Source of the DNA: Utricularia gibba
Lineage: Eukaryota; Plantae; Magnoliophyta
Assembly (NCBI GenBank): GCA_002189035.1
Contig: NEEC01000010.1
Coordinates: 2,666,001-2,730,000 of the forward strand
DNA length: 64,000 bases
Reading direction: 5' to 3'
Shown here: positions 61,335 to 64,000 of the stretch, piece after piece
Layout of the letters: every line of letters begins with the position of its first letter
Numbering within the stretch: position 1 is the stretch's first letter
Notes under the pieces: generated by a model
Seen by the model: only the letters and a program-made list of their open reading frames with translations
Told to the model about the DNA's origin: nothing
Databases searched by the model: none
Position numbers and translations under genes: made by a program

Positions 61335-63287
61335 TATTATCTTTTACAGACAAAAAAACAACGTTTCATATCCAACAGACACAACAACAGTAGCCTCTCT
61401 CAGAGTCATTCTATGAATTTGCGCTTGAAAAACAACGAAATGGGGAGTAATCTAACAGCAGAGATCTCCTTCTTTACCTGAGAAGAAACAAAAAAAAACA
61501 TTTTTTTACAGATGTTTGCTCTCTGGTGAGCTCTTGATTCTGGCTTACAAAATTAAATGATTCGTTTACATATAGTCTGGCTTTGTAGAAATTAAGGGGT
61601 CCCAATGGCTGCTTAGTGATAATCAGGCCTTTTCTAGATTAATTTAAGCGTGAGTACAGATCCCAGAAGAAAAAAAAAACACATTTTAAAGCAGATTTGT
61701 TGTCCATTGCTTTCATCGAAATTATTAAAGATGAAGCCTTTTCACGAAAATCATGTTAAAAAGAGCTCTAGAAAGCAGTCCCGGCCTACCCTTTTCCCCA
61801 ACTGTGGACTCTCCTGTGTGAATTATCTTAATTGCTTGACCTGCTGCCTACCTTCTTCCCACTCAAAATCATCCAGAATTCCATGGGATACTTCGAAGTA
61901 CTCCTTCAATGGAAACAGCGACAATCTGCTGTCCCGTTCCACCTAAAAACAAAGACTTTTGCACCCCCAAGGTGGCCAATAACAATAGTCTTGTCAGGTA
62001 GACCATGTAAGTCTGATCACTAAGGAAGAATTTGGCTGATGAGAATAGAATAAAAAAAATATTTAATATTTAGTTTTGTAGATATTATTTAGTTAATGGT
62101 ATTACTTAAAATAAATAAAAATGTGAGCTTAAATAATCCCATGTACATAGAATTCAAAAAAATCTAATAATTTCAAGTTTATTTAAGCCCAAAAAGTAAA
62201 TATCCCATAATTTATAATCTTACCGTTGAATCCATCTAATCGCGTCAATCAAAAAATAGCTAAGGAATATTAATTAGGTCTGAAATGAGACCCCTGGAGG
62301 GACCGGATGAGCATGGACCAGTATTCAACATTCGAAAAAATTTGATCCAAAATCAGAAATTCGGAGATATTTTCTTTTTTGAAGAAAAAATTATGTGAAA
62401 TTTAAAACATTGGTATGCACAAATGAACCACCAATAATAATGATGTTGTCTGAAAAATTGTGTTGTTATGCGCATCAAGTCGGTTTCTTTGTACGTGTGG
62501 GGTACTAGACATTTGCTCCAAGACTACTAATTCAAATTCCAACCAAGTCCCTATCCCCTTCACATTCACAACATCAATTCTAATGAATCCAATTAAAAAA
62601 AAGATACATTTTATAATCTATTTTAATAATTAAATGTATTTTTATTAGGGTAGTTCCATATTTCTGACAATATCTCATATAGATTACAGGTTGAGGAGGG
62701 GAGGTACTTAAAATAGATTTTTTTAATTTTTAAAATTAAAAAGAAATAACATAAAATCGTAAGAATTGAATACTTAAAATGAATAATATTATGTAAATAT
62801 AATATGATACTTTTATTGTTTTTTTGGCTTTTGAGAAATGTAAGGCAAGTTCGATCATGTGGGAAAACGGCATCACTGTAACACGAAAAAAATCATTATT
62901 TTTTTTTTCACATTTCAAAGTGATCCCAAGTGATGGTAAGGTGTGAAGAAGTTTGATTGGAAAAGTGGACGGGGGGGCTTGTGTGGGTCTTGAGCATTAA
63001 ATGCGTGGATCCAAATGTCTATTCCGAGAATATGTCATGGAATGAGACATGAGGAATTGTTCAATGGAGAAGAAACAGCCCATCTGATCGTTGGCGGTCT
63101 CAGACTTGATTGTCGTCGTGCGCTTGCTCAGCCCCCACAAATTTGACTCACTCCTCTTCCATCGCCATCCCTCACATATGCTGCTTTCTCTCTTCCTTCC
63201 TTCCAACACATAACCCAGTGAAAAATGGCAACCGGTGGCTAAAAGCTGATGAAACTTTGTGAGTTGCATGAGTTAATATTAGTTTCA

Positions 63288-63731
63288 TATTAGAACAAAT
63301 AATTCATCATTTGAAATTGAAATATTTAAATATATAAAAGATTATAAATTATTAGTAATTGATTGATCTAATATTTTATAATATAATTTATGTTTTTTGT
63401 GTATTTAAGTTTCATGTGTACATGTCTGATTTATTGAATTCTTAATTTTAACATGATATCATAGCACTTAATTTATGACACGACTTGGATGGTCAAGATA
63501 GATTTTGTATTAGTATGTGAATTTTAATTAAAAAACAAAAAAGGATATGCATTAGGTTTAGATGATAAATACTAGATCGATTTATAATGAAGATACCATA
63601 TATAATCATAGAAAAAAATAAGTCTTAATCAGATTAAAAATCAATTCGATTTGAGAATATATAATCTATATTTCTTGAATACTTAGATTTCATATGTATT
63701 CATATGACCTATTGAATCTTTAATTTCAATA
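63288..63731 (+). mobile_element. Eroded full-length TRIM copy
   Basis: LTR TATTAGAAC...TTAATTTTAACA (to 63453), PBS remnant TGATATCATAGC (63454-63465), interior collinear with 41853-42036 (reverse complement), shortened 3' LTR ending AATTTCAATA. Confidence 0.8.
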
Positions 63732-64000
63732 AATCAATCGATACTTGATTCCTTGTTCTCCTTATCTATCCAATCTAGATAGGAAGGGAGAAGCAAGAGA
63801 GAATGATGGAATCAACAGTTCAGGTACACCAAATCATGCATGTGAGTTCACTTTGAAAAAGGAATAAATTCCAATCCAGGGATTGTGTATCAGGTTACTT
63901 CTTACTGGGAGGTAGAACGGGTAGGCTTCAATCATGCATACTTAGGTGACACGTACCTGTCAGCAAATCAATTCCTGAAAACAACTGAAGCTTCACTGAA

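Noticed and set aside
62997-63269. 90-aa minus-strand ORF beside the last TRIM copy
   Set aside because: No recognisable motif or gene structure.

Overview
Gene-dense (about 19 protein genes in 64 kb) eudicot nuclear region with AT-rich spacers and GT-AG introns. In order: 5' end of a secreted-protein gene, intron-containing tRNA-Met(e), a TDIF/CLE41-like peptide gene with a His-to-Arg change at peptide position 1, VOZ transcription factor, three tandem GDSL lipases, class III peroxidase (PER19-like), EF-hand Na+/Ca2+ exchanger (NCL-like), an intronless ferric-reductase/NOX-like membrane oxidoreductase, V-ATPase subunit D, three SAG12-like papain proteases interrupted by a UGT71, DUF676 lipase, PADRE/DUF4228, XEGIP/basic-7S-globulin-like protein, DUF688 and a GARP/G2-like MYB repressor. 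Main results: (1) one intact TRIM retroelement plus three eroded full-length copies and two solo LTRs of the same family, several in protease promoters; (2) seven single-base deletions, all in homopolymer runs, that break otherwise intact genes and look like long-read consensus errors; (3) strong charge divergence among the tandem proteases; (4) an R1 TDIF variant. Exon coordinates, alignments and residue counts were done by hand; no database searches were run and the species is unknown.
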